NCBI GenBank assembly: GCA_946545765.1
Contig: CAMNNS010000001.1
Coordinates: 1-57,311 of the forward strand
Origin: an uncultured Bacteroidales bacterium
GTDB lineage: Bacteria > Bacteroidota > Bacteroidia > Bacteroidales > UBA932
DNA: 57,311 bases
Direction of reading: 5' to 3'
Shown here: piece by piece, positions 9,767-19,877 of the stretch
Numbering within the stretch: position 1 is the stretch's first letter
How the letters are laid out: each line of letters begins with the position of its first letter
Position numbers and translations under genes: made by a program
The notes under the pieces: model-generated
Database searches by the model: none
The model's input: only the letters and a program-made list of their open reading frames with translations
What the model was told of the DNA's origin: nothing

Positions 9767-10813
9767 ATGGCAAATAATTATGTTTTAGTATCTGGAGCAT
9801 CGGGATTCATTGGTTCTCATACTGTTGTAGAACTTTTAGAGGCTGGATTTAATGTTGTTGGTGTTGATAATTTTTATAATTCTGATAAAGATGTTATAGA
9901 TGGTATCAGAAAAATTATGGAACTCTCAAATAGCAAAACTAAAGGAGAGTTCTACTTTGAAGAGATAGACTGTGCCAATTATGACTCATTTAAAACCGTT
10001 TTTACAAAATATAAAGGAATTGTAGGCTCTATCCATTTTGCTGCATATAAGGCTGTTAGCGAAAGTTTGGAAAAACCCTTAGAATATTATAGAAACAATC
10101 TTTTTTCTCTTATAAATCTTGTAGATTTAACTACTGCTTTTTGTGAAAAGCAAAATGTTGTATTTTCGTCATCTTGCACAGTTTATGGAGAACCTGCGTT
10201 AAAAGATCTACCAATAAAAGAGTCTCATCCTCTGCAAAAATCTTTAACACCTTACGGCAAGACAAAACAGATGTGCGAAGATATTATCAAGGATTGTGCT
10301 AATGCTTATAAGAACTTTAATTCCTGTGCATTAAGGTATTTTAATCCTATAGGAGCACACCCAACCTCCCTTATAGGAGAATTGCCAAAAGGGGTTCCTC
10401 AAAATTTAGTTCCTTATATCACCCAAACTGCAGCTGGGATTAGAGAGTGCTTAACTATTTATGGTAAAGACTATAACACTCCCGATGGGACATGTATAAG
10501 AGATTATATTTGGGTTGTAGATCTTGCAAAAGCTCATGTTGCCGCACTTAAAAAAATGTTAGATAATACTTCTTTTAATTGGAATGCTTATAATATTGGT
10601 ACAGGCACAGGAGTTTCTGTTTTAGAGCTTGTTAACTGCTTTATTAAAACCACCGGAGTTGATTTAAAATATAAATTTGGAGAGAGAAGAAGCGGTGATG
10701 TTGAACAAGTTTGGGCAGATGCAACCAAAGCAAAAAGAGAATTAGGATGGGAAGCCAATACACCTTTAGAAGATATTATTAAGTCTGCCTGGGAGTGGCA
10801 GAAGAGACTCTAA
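9767..10813 (+). CDS. galE: UDP-glucose 4-epimerase
   Basis: 348 aa with VSGASGFIGSH, YGKTK (the YxxxK motif), LRYFNPIGAH and DGTCIRDYI.V.DLA. Confidence 0.9.
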   Translation: MANNYVLVSGASGFIGSHTVVELLEAGFNVVGVDNFYNSDKDVIDGIRKIMELSNSKTKGEFYFEEIDCANYDSFKTVFTKYKGIVGSIHFAAYKAVSESLEKPLEYYRNNLFSLINLVDLTTAFCEKQNVVFSSSCTVYGEPALKDLPIKESHPLQKSLTPYGKTKQMCEDIIKDCANAYKNFNSCALRYFNPIGAHPTSLIGELPKGVPQNLVPYITQTAAGIRECLTIYGKDYNTPDGTCIRDYIWVVDLAKAHVAALKKMLDNTSFNWNAYNIGTGTGVSVLELVNCFIKTTGVDLKYKFGERRSGDVEQVWADATKAKRELGWEANTPLEDIIKSAWEWQKRL

Positions 10814-11841
10814 CAACATCTGGTAGAGCAACCTTGACAATGGATACTCTCTCCCCTAAGACGGCGTTCTACAAGTCCTATTAGTCTCTCCTTGAGTTCT
10901 TTTTTCTCTATCTTTTCTAATACTGCTCCAGCAAATGCTTGTTGTTGAAGTAGTTTTGCCTCATACAAAGATATACCTCTTGAACGCATATAGAACAATT
11001 CTTCGTCACCAATTGTCCCTATTGTTGCCCCATGAGAACATTTAACATCATCTGCATATATAATAAGATGAGGATTAGAGGTTGCCTTTGCTCTATCGGA
11101 GATTAACAAATTATTGTTCGCTTGGTAAGCTTCAGTTTTTTGAGCTTGCGGCGAAACAACAATCTTCCCATTAAAGTTTGTTTTAGAATTTCCGTCTAAA
11201 ATCCCTTTGAATAATTGCCTGCTTATACCCCCTCCAACTTTATGTAACACATTAACATTCGTATTGATAACTTGTTCTCTATCTGATAAATAAAGCCCTC
11301 CCAAATCGCACTCTGCTTGCTCCTCTAATAAAACCGAATTGATTGTATTTGTTATATGTCCTCCATGAAGGGTTATAATATTCAGTTTTAAACTCCCGCC
11401 ATATTTTATCTCAATATCTATATCAACATTATGAACACTCACCCCATTTTCGTTTTGCATAATTATTAGTTCTAATCCGCACTCTTTTTCCACCACAATA
11501 TTTATCTTCCCTTTTGTAGAAAATCTCTCGTCACCCAAAGTGTGTGAGCATAATACTATTGTACTCTTTTCTTCTTTAAGAGCATTAGCCTTTATCTCGA
11601 TACAATACTCTTCTCCTCTCCTCAAAACGGCATTTTCTCTCACATTTATAATTTGCAAAAAATTATTCTCTTTTGTCTCTATAGTGATACTCTTTTTTTC
11701 TGAGACCATTTGTACCCCTCTAATATCCTCTTTCCCCGACATTAAGACTCCGTTCAAAATATACGCTTTTTGTGCATTCTCAAGGGGAACACTGCAAGAA
11801 AAAATCTCTTTATCTATATCTATAATTTTTAGTTTATCCAT
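10810..11841 (-). CDS. sufD: Fe-S cluster assembly protein SufD (short form)
   Basis: 343 aa with a beta-helix core. C-terminal motifs are VKCSHGATIGTIGDEELFYMRSRGIS and LLQQQAFA. It lies directly downstream of sufC. Confidence 0.85.
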   Translation of the reverse strand: MDKLKIIDIDKEIFSCSVPLENAQKAYILNGVLMSGKEDIRGVQMVSEKKSITIETKENNFLQIINVRENAVLRRGEEYCIEIKANALKEEKSTIVLCSHTLGDERFSTKGKINIVVEKECGLELIIMQNENGVSVHNVDIDIEIKYGGSLKLNIITLHGGHITNTINSVLLEEQAECDLGGLYLSDREQVINTNVNVLHKVGGGISRQLFKGILDGNSKTNFNGKIVVSPQAQKTEAYQANNNLLISDRAKATSNPHLIIYADDVKCSHGATIGTIGDEELFYMRSRGISLYEAKLLQQQAFAGAVLEKIEKKELKERLIGLVERRLRGESIHCQGCSTRCC

Positions 11842-11882
11842 TAGTACAATTTGTTTATCTTTTTAAACAAGCCCCTCTATCT

Positions 11883-12644
11883 TTATTCAAATTCATCATA
11901 CCCTTTTTGCTCAATTTCTAAAGCTAACTCTTTTCCTGCTGTTTTAACTATTTTTCCTTTATATAAAATATGAACAATATCGGGAACTATATAATCTAAA
12001 AGTCTTTGATAATGAGTAATTACAACAAAGGCATTGTCTTTTGTTTTTAATCTATTTACCCCGTTTGCAACTATCCTGAGGGCATCTACATCTAATCCAC
12101 TATCTGTCTCATCTAAAATAGCAAGTGAAGGATTTAGCATTGCCATTTGAAATATTTCATTTCTTTTTTTCTCCCCTCCAGAAAATCCTACATTTACCCC
12201 TCGCGAAGAAAAAGATGGATCCATTTGAACTATTGCCATTTTCTCTCGCATCATTTTTAAATACTCTGCTGCACTTAAAGCCTCTAAACCTCTTTGCTTA
12301 CGATGCTCATTTACTGCAGTTTTCATAAAGTTTACATTTGTTACCCCCGGTATCTCTACAGGATATTGAAATCCTAAAAAAACACCTGCCCAACTCCTCT
12401 CCTCTGGACTCATTTCCAATAAATTGTATGTAGTACCTTTTTGATCTGTAAACTGAATACTTCCTTGGGTTACAATATAATTCTCGTTCCCTGCTAAAAC
12501 AGCAGACAATGTACTTTTACCACTTCCATTTCTCCCCATAATAGCGTGAACCTCGCCTTGTTTAATGGTAAGATTTATCCCTTTAAGTATTTCTTTATCA
12601 CCTATTTTGGCGTGAAGATCTTTTATCTCTAATAAATTTTTCAT
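11883..12644 (-). CDS. sufC: Fe-S cluster assembly ATPase SufC
   Basis: 253 aa with Walker A GRNGSGKST, ABC signature FSGGEKKR and Walker B AILDETDSGLD. Confidence 0.95.
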   Translation of the reverse strand: MKNLLEIKDLHAKIGDKEILKGINLTIKQGEVHAIMGRNGSGKSTLSAVLAGNENYIVTQGSIQFTDQKGTTYNLLEMSPEERSWAGVFLGFQYPVEIPGVTNVNFMKTAVNEHRKQRGLEALSAAEYLKMMREKMAIVQMDPSFSSRGVNVGFSGGEKKRNEIFQMAMLNPSLAILDETDSGLDVDALRIVANGVNRLKTKDNAFVVITHYQRLLDYIVPDIVHILYKGKIVKTAGKELALEIEQKGYDEFE

Positions 12645-12672
12645 TTTGCTTATGTAATCTAATTATTGTTTT

Positions 12673-13392
12673 TTAAGCTACTTTATTCTGCTCTTTTTTC
12701 ATTTGGGCTCTCCACATTAATAAGCCACCTATCGCCAGAACTATATATGCAGCATATACTATTGTCATCAATCTTAATCCTGCTAACGCACAAAGTGTTA
12801 TATTGGAGGTATTTGCTATTAGCCATGCACCCCAGCAATCTATCTTCTTTTGAGCAGATAAGTATTGTGCCATTAGCACCATCCCAACCACAAACGCATC
12901 TAAAAAAGGTAGTGTTGCCCTTGAAAAGATAGATGGTGCCCAAACATCTATTCTGCTCAACACATATCCCCATAAAAACATAAATATTAAAACCGCCCCT
13001 AAAACAATTGCCCTTTGTCCGTTATTATATTGTGTTATTTTGAGTTGCTTTTTAGCATTCTCTTCTTCTTTCTTTGGATGAGTCCATCTGTAATGACCAA
13101 ATAGGTTGATAGCTAAAGATATTGGCTGTAGCAACATACTTGAGTACATATTTTTTTGTAAAAACATAACAAACAATAAAATGTTATAAAAATAGCCCAC
13201 CCAAAAGTTTGCTACTTTTCCTTTTACCGCTAAAAAAACACAAAGCAAACCTGTAATAGTACTCATTATCTCTAATGCACTAACCCCTTCTCCCATAAAA
13301 GTAAAGACAACATTATCTAAACTAAAAAAATCTACAACATTACTTAAAGTAGAATTGTTTAAAAGATCACTTAACACAAAAAATATATTCAT
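12673..13392 (-). CDS. PnuC-family vitamin/nucleoside transporter (nicotinamide riboside type; substrate not assignable)
   Basis: 239 aa with about 7 TM segments. Recalled H. influenzae PnuC features align: S..EI..TITGLLCV.LA, NF..G...N, LLQ......N..G.Y.W, and C-terminal K..D.W..W...N. Confidence 0.75.
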   Translation of the reverse strand: MNIFFVLSDLLNNSTLSNVVDFFSLDNVVFTFMGEGVSALEIMSTITGLLCVFLAVKGKVANFWVGYFYNILLFVMFLQKNMYSSMLLQPISLAINLFGHYRWTHPKKEEENAKKQLKITQYNNGQRAIVLGAVLIFMFLWGYVLSRIDVWAPSIFSRATLPFLDAFVVGMVLMAQYLSAQKKIDCWGAWLIANTSNITLCALAGLRLMTIVYAAYIVLAIGGLLMWRAQMKKEQNKVA

Positions 13393-13429
13393 TTTATTAT
13401 ATCTTATTTACTTATACCCATTTTGATTT

Positions 13430-14875
13430 TTATCCGATACTCCCTTCTAAGGTTACTTGTAAAAGTTTTTGGGCTTCTACAGCAAACTCCATAGGAAGCT
13501 TATTTAATACATCTCTTGCATATCCATTAACTATCAGTCCAACAGCATCTTCTGCTTTTATTCCTCTCTGTCTGCAATAAAACAATTGCTCTTCACTTAT
13601 CTTACTTGTTGTCGCTTCATGTTCTACAATTGCTGTTGAATTTGCATTATCTATAAAAGGGAAAGTGTGAGCACCGCATTTACTCCCAAGTAATAAACTA
13701 TCACATTGTGAATGATTACGAGCCCCCGAAGCTCCCGGGGATATACGAACTAAACCCCTATAACTATTCTCGCTAAATCCTGCAGATATACCTTTACTTA
13801 CAATCCTGCTTTTTGTATTTTTCCCAAGATGGATCATCTTTGTCCCTGTATCTGCTTGTTGGTAATTGTTTGTTACAGCAACACTATAAAACTCACTCAA
13901 AGAATTATCCCCCTTTAAGATTGTGGATGGATATTTCCAAGTTATAGAACTGCCCGTCTCTACCTGTGCCCAGAATAGTTTTGAATTTGTTCCTTTACAT
14001 ATTCCCCTCTTTGTTACCAAATTATAAATTCCCCCTTTTCCCTCTTTATCTCCCGGATACCAATTTTGTACTGTAGAATATTTTACTTCTGCATCTTGTA
14101 AAACAACTATCTCTACAACCGCTGCATGAAGTTGGGCTGTGTCTCTTTTAGGTGCTGTACAGCCCTCTAAATAACTAACATAAGAACCTTCGTCTGCCAC
14201 TATTAGAGTCCTCTCAAATTGCCCTGTCCCCTCAGCATTTATCCTAAAATAACTACTTAACTCCATTGGGCATCGGGTATGTTTTGGAATATAACAGAAT
14301 GAGCCATCGGAGAATACGGCAGAATTTAAGGCGGCAAAATAATTATCGCTTATCGGGACAACACTTGCAAGATACTTCTTTACCAAATCGGGATAATCTT
14401 TAACTGCCTCAGAGAAAGAACAAAAAATTATCCCCTTTTCTGCCAAAGTCTCTCTAAAAGTAGTTCTCACAGAGACAGAATCAAAGACTGCATCTACTGC
14501 TACTCCGCCAAGTACATTTCTTTCTTTCAAAGGAATTCCTAATTTCTCAAAAGTTGCCTCTAATTCTGGATCTAACTCTTTTTTCTCTTGTGAAGAATTA
14601 TTATCCTTTGGAGCAGCGTAATATATTATATCTTGATAATCTATTTTTGGCATTTTGATATGCGCCCATGAAGGCTCTTTCATCTCTTGCCATTTTTTGA
14701 AGGCTTTTAATCTAAATTCTAACATCCACTCCGGCTCTTCCTTCTTTTTTGATATTAGGCGTATTATATCTTCATTTAACCCTTTTGGTATAAACTCCTG
14801 CTCAACATTTGTCACAAACCCTTCTTTATACTCCTGTTGGGTAAATTCATTTATAATCTTTTTCTCCTGATTCAT
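13430..14875 (-). CDS. sufB: Fe-S cluster assembly scaffold SufB
   Basis: 481 aa with [49 protein letters not shown] and [16 protein letters not shown]. Confidence 0.95.
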   Translation of the reverse strand: MNQEKKIINEFTQQEYKEGFVTNVEQEFIPKGLNEDIIRLISKKKEEPEWMLEFRLKAFKKWQEMKEPSWAHIKMPKIDYQDIIYYAAPKDNNSSQEKKELDPELEATFEKLGIPLKERNVLGGVAVDAVFDSVSVRTTFRETLAEKGIIFCSFSEAVKDYPDLVKKYLASVVPISDNYFAALNSAVFSDGSFCYIPKHTRCPMELSSYFRINAEGTGQFERTLIVADEGSYVSYLEGCTAPKRDTAQLHAAVVEIVVLQDAEVKYSTVQNWYPGDKEGKGGIYNLVTKRGICKGTNSKLFWAQVETGSSITWKYPSTILKGDNSLSEFYSVAVTNNYQQADTGTKMIHLGKNTKSRIVSKGISAGFSENSYRGLVRISPGASGARNHSQCDSLLLGSKCGAHTFPFIDNANSTAIVEHEATTSKISEEQLFYCRQRGIKAEDAVGLIVNGYARDVLNKLPMEFAVEAQKLLQVTLEGSIG

Positions 14876-14904
14876 AATGTATATTGTTCTATTCTATAAG
14901 AGTT

Positions 14905-15951
14905 TTACCAACCTTGAGCTGTGATTGTTATTTGGTTTCCCTCTGGGGTAATAAGAAAACAATTATCCTCTCCACTTTGGTTTATATCTTTTACACTCTC
15001 GTCTTTTTCAAGAGAGTACAAATGCCCTATGATTTCTAAATCTTTTAACTCTTTTATTATTTTATCGTGATTCTCTAAAGGTAAAACATATAATAACCTA
15101 TAATCTTCTCCACCATTAACAACGGCTGTAATAATGTCTATACCAAGTTCTTCGCACATCTCTCTTGTTTGCGAGGCGATCGGGATTTTTTCTATAAATA
15201 TTTTTGCTCCCATACCACTCTCTTTTGCTATCTGTTTTACAGCATCTCCAAGCCCTCTTGTAATTAATCTCCCATCGAGAGGAAAGATACTTGTCTCCTC
15301 AAATTTGCTCACTGTGTCGGAATCTATGTTTGGTGTTAAATATCTCTCTATAATGTATTTATATTTACTTAAATCTGGTTGTTTATACTCTTTTGATGCG
15401 TTAAAAGCAACTTTTTCTCTCTCAAGCACATGCAATCCCATATATCCTGCACCTAAATTTCCTGTTACACACAACAACGCCCCACTTTTTATCTTTTCTT
15501 TTTTTATTTGTTTTTTGTATCCCGATGAGTTACAAGAAATTATAAGTCCTGTCAAAGATGTTGTCAAATCTAATGAAATAGACTCTATTTTATGCTCTTT
15601 TGCCGCTGCTATTACTCCATCCCATAACGATTGTAAATGTTGATAACTAAATTTTGCAGAAAGAGCAATATTAAAATTTAGCCCTTTTGGATTACAATTT
15701 TTTGCGTATAACCCCCCTACGGCACTAACAACAATTTTATACCCCAAATATTTTAACGGAGTATATGTTAAATCAAAATCTATTCCTTCTAAAAAAAGCC
15801 TACTTGATATTGTATATTCTTCACCTTGTTGTTCTTTTATTGTTGGGCTGTCAGAATTTTTAAACCCAGTGTTTTCAAATAATTTATCTAATAGAGCAAT
15901 TCTCCCTATCTCTTTTATCTCTGTTCTTTTATTCTCTTTCTTTTTTTCCAT
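14905..15951 (-). CDS. AIR-synthase-fold protein annotated in relatives as thiamine-monophosphate kinase (ThiL-like), with degenerate motifs
   Basis: 348 aa with the overall PurM/ThiL architecture (LEGIDFDLTYTPLKYLGYK, TGNLGAGYMGL, GLGDAVKQIA). Several canonical Asp-containing motifs are substituted. See findings. Confidence 0.55.
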   Translation of the reverse strand: MEKKKENKRTEIKEIGRIALLDKLFENTGFKNSDSPTIKEQQGEEYTISSRLFLEGIDFDLTYTPLKYLGYKIVVSAVGGLYAKNCNPKGLNFNIALSAKFSYQHLQSLWDGVIAAAKEHKIESISLDLTTSLTGLIISCNSSGYKKQIKKEKIKSGALLCVTGNLGAGYMGLHVLEREKVAFNASKEYKQPDLSKYKYIIERYLTPNIDSDTVSKFEETSIFPLDGRLITRGLGDAVKQIAKESGMGAKIFIEKIPIASQTREMCEELGIDIITAVVNGGEDYRLLYVLPLENHDKIIKELKDLEIIGHLYSLEKDESVKDINQSGEDNCFLITPEGNQITITAQGW

Positions 15952-15962
15952 AAACTATCTTA

Positions 15963-18900
15963 TTATGATATGTTTCTGTTTATCTTAAACTCTGCCTTTA
16001 ACCCCAATAAAGACAAAGAAGATAAGAAATCCTGACTAATCTCTATTTTATATTTTGTTTTATATGAAGCAGCTAAACCCTTTTCTTCATCTACAACATT
16101 TATACTAACAATAGTATTTCCAACCACTATCTCCCCATCATATTCATTATTAGATTTTAATTCCCTTTTTATTTTAGAACTCTTACTTCCTTCCAACAGA
16201 TGAATAAACTCTTTATTAAACTCTTTATTTATCTTCTTATAAGGTATTGTTATTATAATCTCCTCAAGGCTTTTCTCTTTAATATTAGACAATAATGATA
16301 TATTGTGGATTTTTAATTCTAAATTTCCTAACCCCTCGGCCTGCTTTCTAAGTTTAATTATCGCATTTATACATAAAGATTTCTCCTCTTCTATGTATTT
16401 CATATATTTTTCATACTCTACACTAAAGAGTGTAAATTGTAACTGCGAATCAAAATCTTCAAATGTAAAATTAACAAATCTTTTCCCGGATTTTTGAGAA
16501 ACTTTCTCTGTTACAGATGTTATCATCCCTGTCAAATATATATTTTTGTTTATTATCTTGGATGCTTGCTCTATTACTTCTCCTTTTTCATCAAATGGTT
16601 TAACCGATTCTAATACCTTTTTTATTTGTGATAGCGAGAGTGTTCTGAATGCAGAAACTTCAAACTTATAAATATCCAATGGATGAGCCGAAAGATAAAT
16701 TCCAACCAATTCTCTCTCTTTTTTTAGAAACTCTATTTTCTTATACTCTTTTGGGAGTGGAGGCAATGGTGGAGTCTGAACTTTAAAACCTTCATCATTG
16801 TCGCCAAATAGAGATTCTATCGCCGAAGATTGATTTGTTATTTTCTTCCCAAAATCTAATAATTTATCTAAGAAAATTTTCCCATCGGAATCCATTATAA
16901 AATATTGATCTCTCCTGATCTCTGGGAAAGACTCGTCAAAAGCCCCTGAATAGATTAGAGCCTCTAATGTCTTTCTATTTAAGTTGCCCTTACTCCCACA
17001 TCTCTTAATAAAATCAAATATGTCTTTATATGGAGCACCATTCATAATATCTTCTGCAACTGCGGTACCTACCCCTTTAATTGCCGCTAAGCCGAAACGT
17101 ATTGCCTCCCTCTTCTTTCCCTTGGAATCTTCTACATCTACAACTGTAAAGTTCATTCCACTTTCATTAACATCTGGCGATAATACATTTATATTCTTAT
17201 TTTTACAATCGTCCATTAAGACTGTTATCTTTTTTATATCACCTAAGTTTTTGGTTAAGTTGGCTGCCATAAATTCGGCGGGATAGTGAGCTTTTAAGTA
17301 GGCAGTTTGATAACCTATCCAAGCATAACAAGTTGCATGAGATTTATTAAATGCATACTCTGCGAATTTTTCCCAATCTGCCCAAATCTTTTTAAGAACC
17401 ATTACATTGTGTCCTTTTGCTTCTCCTCTTTCCAAGAACTTTTTCTCTAATTTGTTCATCTCCTCTATCACCTTCTTCCCCATTGCTTTACGAAGAATGT
17501 CTGCCTCACCTTTTGTAAAATCGGCAAGTTTTTGGCTTAAAAGCATCACCTGTTCTTGATATACAGTTATACCGTATGTATCTTCTAAAACCTCCTCCAT
17601 TTGAGGGGTGTCATACACTATCGGTTGTCTCCCGTTTTTCCTTGCAACAAAATCTGGAATATATTGCATTGGACCAGGACGGAAAAGTGCATTCATGGCA
17701 ATCAAATCTTCAAACCTATTTGGTTTTAACTCCTTAAGCCATTTTTGCATACCGGGACTTTCAAATTGAAATGTAGCAATTGTATCTCCTCTACTAAATA
17801 ATTCAAATGTCTTTTTATCGTCTAACGATATTTTATTAACATTTACATCCTTCCCTGTATGTTTTTTAATATTGTTTTGCGCCTCTTTAAGAATTGATAA
17901 TGTTGCTAAACCTAAAAAATCCATCTTTAGCATTCCTACTCCCTCTATATAATGCCCATCATACTGAGAAACCCAGATGTAATCTTTTGTGTTTTTATCT
18001 CTAACCATACTTATCGGGATAAAATTGGTTAGATTTTCTCTCCCGATAATTACTGCACAAGCATGAACCCCTGTGTTTCTGACTGTTCCTTCCAATTTTC
18101 TTGCATATTCTAAAGTCTCTTTGATAAGTGGATCTTTAGAATCCTCGTATGCAGCTTTAAATTCAGGAACATATTTTAAACAATTTTCAAAATTAGGAGA
18201 TAACGACTCTTCTTTCTCAACCTCTTTTCCGCTATCATCTTTTGTTTTTTTCTTAATAGTAAATTTTTTATCTGGAACTATATTCGCCAAATTGTTAGCA
18301 GTTTGCAGAGGCACGTTTTCTATTCTTGCTACATTTTTGATTGCACTTTTTGTGGCCATTGTTCCAAATGTAACAACATGAGAAACATGGTCTTTACCAT
18401 ATTTATTCTCTACATATTCATAAACTTCTGCTCTTCTTTCCTCCTCAAAATCAATATCAATATCGGGCATACTTATCCTATCGGGATTGAGAAAACGCTC
18501 AAATAGAAGATTATATTTAATAGGATCTACATTTGTTATTTTTAAACAATATGCAACAACACTACCTGCCGCCGAACCTCTACCAGGACCAACCCAGATT
18601 CCTCTGTCGCGAGAAGCTTGGATAAAATCTTGAACTATTAAAAAATAGTCGGGAAAACCCATCTTTTTTATCGTAGAAAGTTCAAAATCTATTCTCTCTT
18701 TTAACTCTTCAGTTATTTGAGAATATCTTCTCTTTGCCCCCTCATAAACAATGTGTTTGAGATACTCATTAGAATCTTCAAATCCTTCTGGTAAAGGGAA
18801 GATTGGAAGAATTGGGTTGCGTTTTAAAGAATATCTCTCAATTTTTGCGGCAACTTCTAAAGTGTTATCTAAAATTTCGGGATGGGTGATATTTATTTGC

Positions 18901-19862
18901 AACATCTCGTCATAACTCTTCATATACTCTTCTTGAGTATATCTCATCCTTTTCTGATCGTCTATCAAAGAATTTGTAACAAGGCATATCAACCTGTCGT
19001 GAGTAGGTCCATCTTCTTTATTTACAAAGTGACAATCGTTTGTTGCAACACATTTTATCCCTAACCTTTCCGATAATTCAAAAAGAACCTTGTTCACTTT
19101 TTGTTGACAATCAAACACTTCTGTACTCAACCCCGGAACTTGTGTCCTATGATTTTGTATCTCAAAATAGTAATCTTCTCCAAATACTTTCTTATACCAA
19201 ATAGCTGTGTTCTCTGCACTTACAAGGTCTCCTTTTAAGATGAATTTAGGAATCTCTCCCGCTAAACAGGCACTACAACAAATTAAATCTTCGTGGTATC
19301 TCTCTAATATCTCTCTATCTACTTTAGGATGATAGTATAAGCCCTCGGTATATCCTATAGAACAGATTTTTACCAAGTTTTTATATCCGTTTAAATTCTT
19401 TGCCAAAAGAATCAAGTGGTTTGCCCCTTGGTCTTCTTTTCCCCTTTTTGTAAATCTGCCTTCGGGATTGACATATACTTCACACCCGACTATTGGCTTT
19501 AATTCCCTCTTTTTTAACTCTCCACTCTCTAAAGCTACTTTTAATTTTTGTTGTTTATAGTTTTCTATTTCTCCTTTTTTTTGAGCCTTAACTTCTGGAG
19601 TGTCATCTTCTTTTACCTGCAACTCTTCGGGAAGTTCTATTGCTTCTAAATATCTCTTTTTATCTTTTTCAAAATATGCACTCTCAACAGATTCTACTTT
19701 ATTTATAAACTCAACTGCACCATACATATTTCCGTGATCTGTAAGGGCTAAGGCGGGCATATTATTCTCTATCGCCTTAGTTGCATAATCTTTAATTTTT
19801 CCAAGACCATCTAATACAGAATATTCTGAATGAATATGTAAATGGACAAAAGGTTTACTCAT
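15963..19862 (-). CDS. dnaE: DNA polymerase III alpha subunit
   Basis: 1299 aa with a PHP domain (FVHLHIHSEYS), a polymerase core (PDIDIDF, GLLKMDFLGL, NKSHA) and an OB-fold C-terminus. Confidence 0.97.
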   Translation of the reverse strand: MSKPFVHLHIHSEYSVLDGLGKIKDYATKAIENNMPALALTDHGNMYGAVEFINKVESVESAYFEKDKKRYLEAIELPEELQVKEDDTPEVKAQKKGEIENYKQQKLKVALESGELKKRELKPIVGCEVYVNPEGRFTKRGKEDQGANHLILLAKNLNGYKNLVKICSIGYTEGLYYHPKVDREILERYHEDLICCSACLAGEIPKFILKGDLVSAENTAIWYKKVFGEDYYFEIQNHRTQVPGLSTEVFDCQQKVNKVLFELSERLGIKCVATNDCHFVNKEDGPTHDRLICLVTNSLIDDQKRMRYTQEEYMKSYDEMLQINITHPEILDNTLEVAAKIERYSLKRNPILPIFPLPEGFEDSNEYLKHIVYEGAKRRYSQITEELKERIDFELSTIKKMGFPDYFLIVQDFIQASRDRGIWVGPGRGSAAGSVVAYCLKITNVDPIKYNLLFERFLNPDRISMPDIDIDFEEERRAEVYEYVENKYGKDHVSHVVTFGTMATKSAIKNVARIENVPLQTANNLANIVPDKKFTIKKKTKDDSGKEVEKEESLSPNFENCLKYVPEFKAAYEDSKDPLIKETLEYARKLEGTVRNTGVHACAVIIGRENLTNFIPISMVRDKNTKDYIWVSQYDGHYIEGVGMLKMDFLGLATLSILKEAQNNIKKHTGKDVNVNKISLDDKKTFELFSRGDTIATFQFESPGMQKWLKELKPNRFEDLIAMNALFRPGPMQYIPDFVARKNGRQPIVYDTPQMEEVLEDTYGITVYQEQVMLLSQKLADFTKGEADILRKAMGKKVIEEMNKLEKKFLERGEAKGHNVMVLKKIWADWEKFAEYAFNKSHATCYAWIGYQTAYLKAHYPAEFMAANLTKNLGDIKKITVLMDDCKNKNINVLSPDVNESGMNFTVVDVEDSKGKKREAIRFGLAAIKGVGTAVAEDIMNGAPYKDIFDFIKRCGSKGNLNRKTLEALIYSGAFDESFPEIRRDQYFIMDSDGKIFLDKLLDFGKKITNQSSAIESLFGDNDEGFKVQTPPLPPLPKEYKKIEFLKKERELVGIYLSAHPLDIYKFEVSAFRTLSLSQIKKVLESVKPFDEKGEVIEQASKIINKNIYLTGMITSVTEKVSQKSGKRFVNFTFEDFDSQLQFTLFSVEYEKYMKYIEEEKSLCINAIIKLRKQAEGLGNLELKIHNISLLSNIKEKSLEEIIITIPYKKINKEFNKEFIHLLEGSKSSKIKRELKSNNEYDGEIVVGNTIVSINVVDEEKGLAASYKTKYKIEISQDFLSSLSLLGLKAEFKINRNIS

Positions 19863-19877
19863 ATATCGTTCGTTGAT

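Noticed and set aside
12683-12973. 96-aa minus-strand ORF in another frame of the pnuC-like gene.
   Set aside because: It overlaps the C-terminal third of a 7-TM protein whose own frame shows the Pnu family motifs. No independent support exists.
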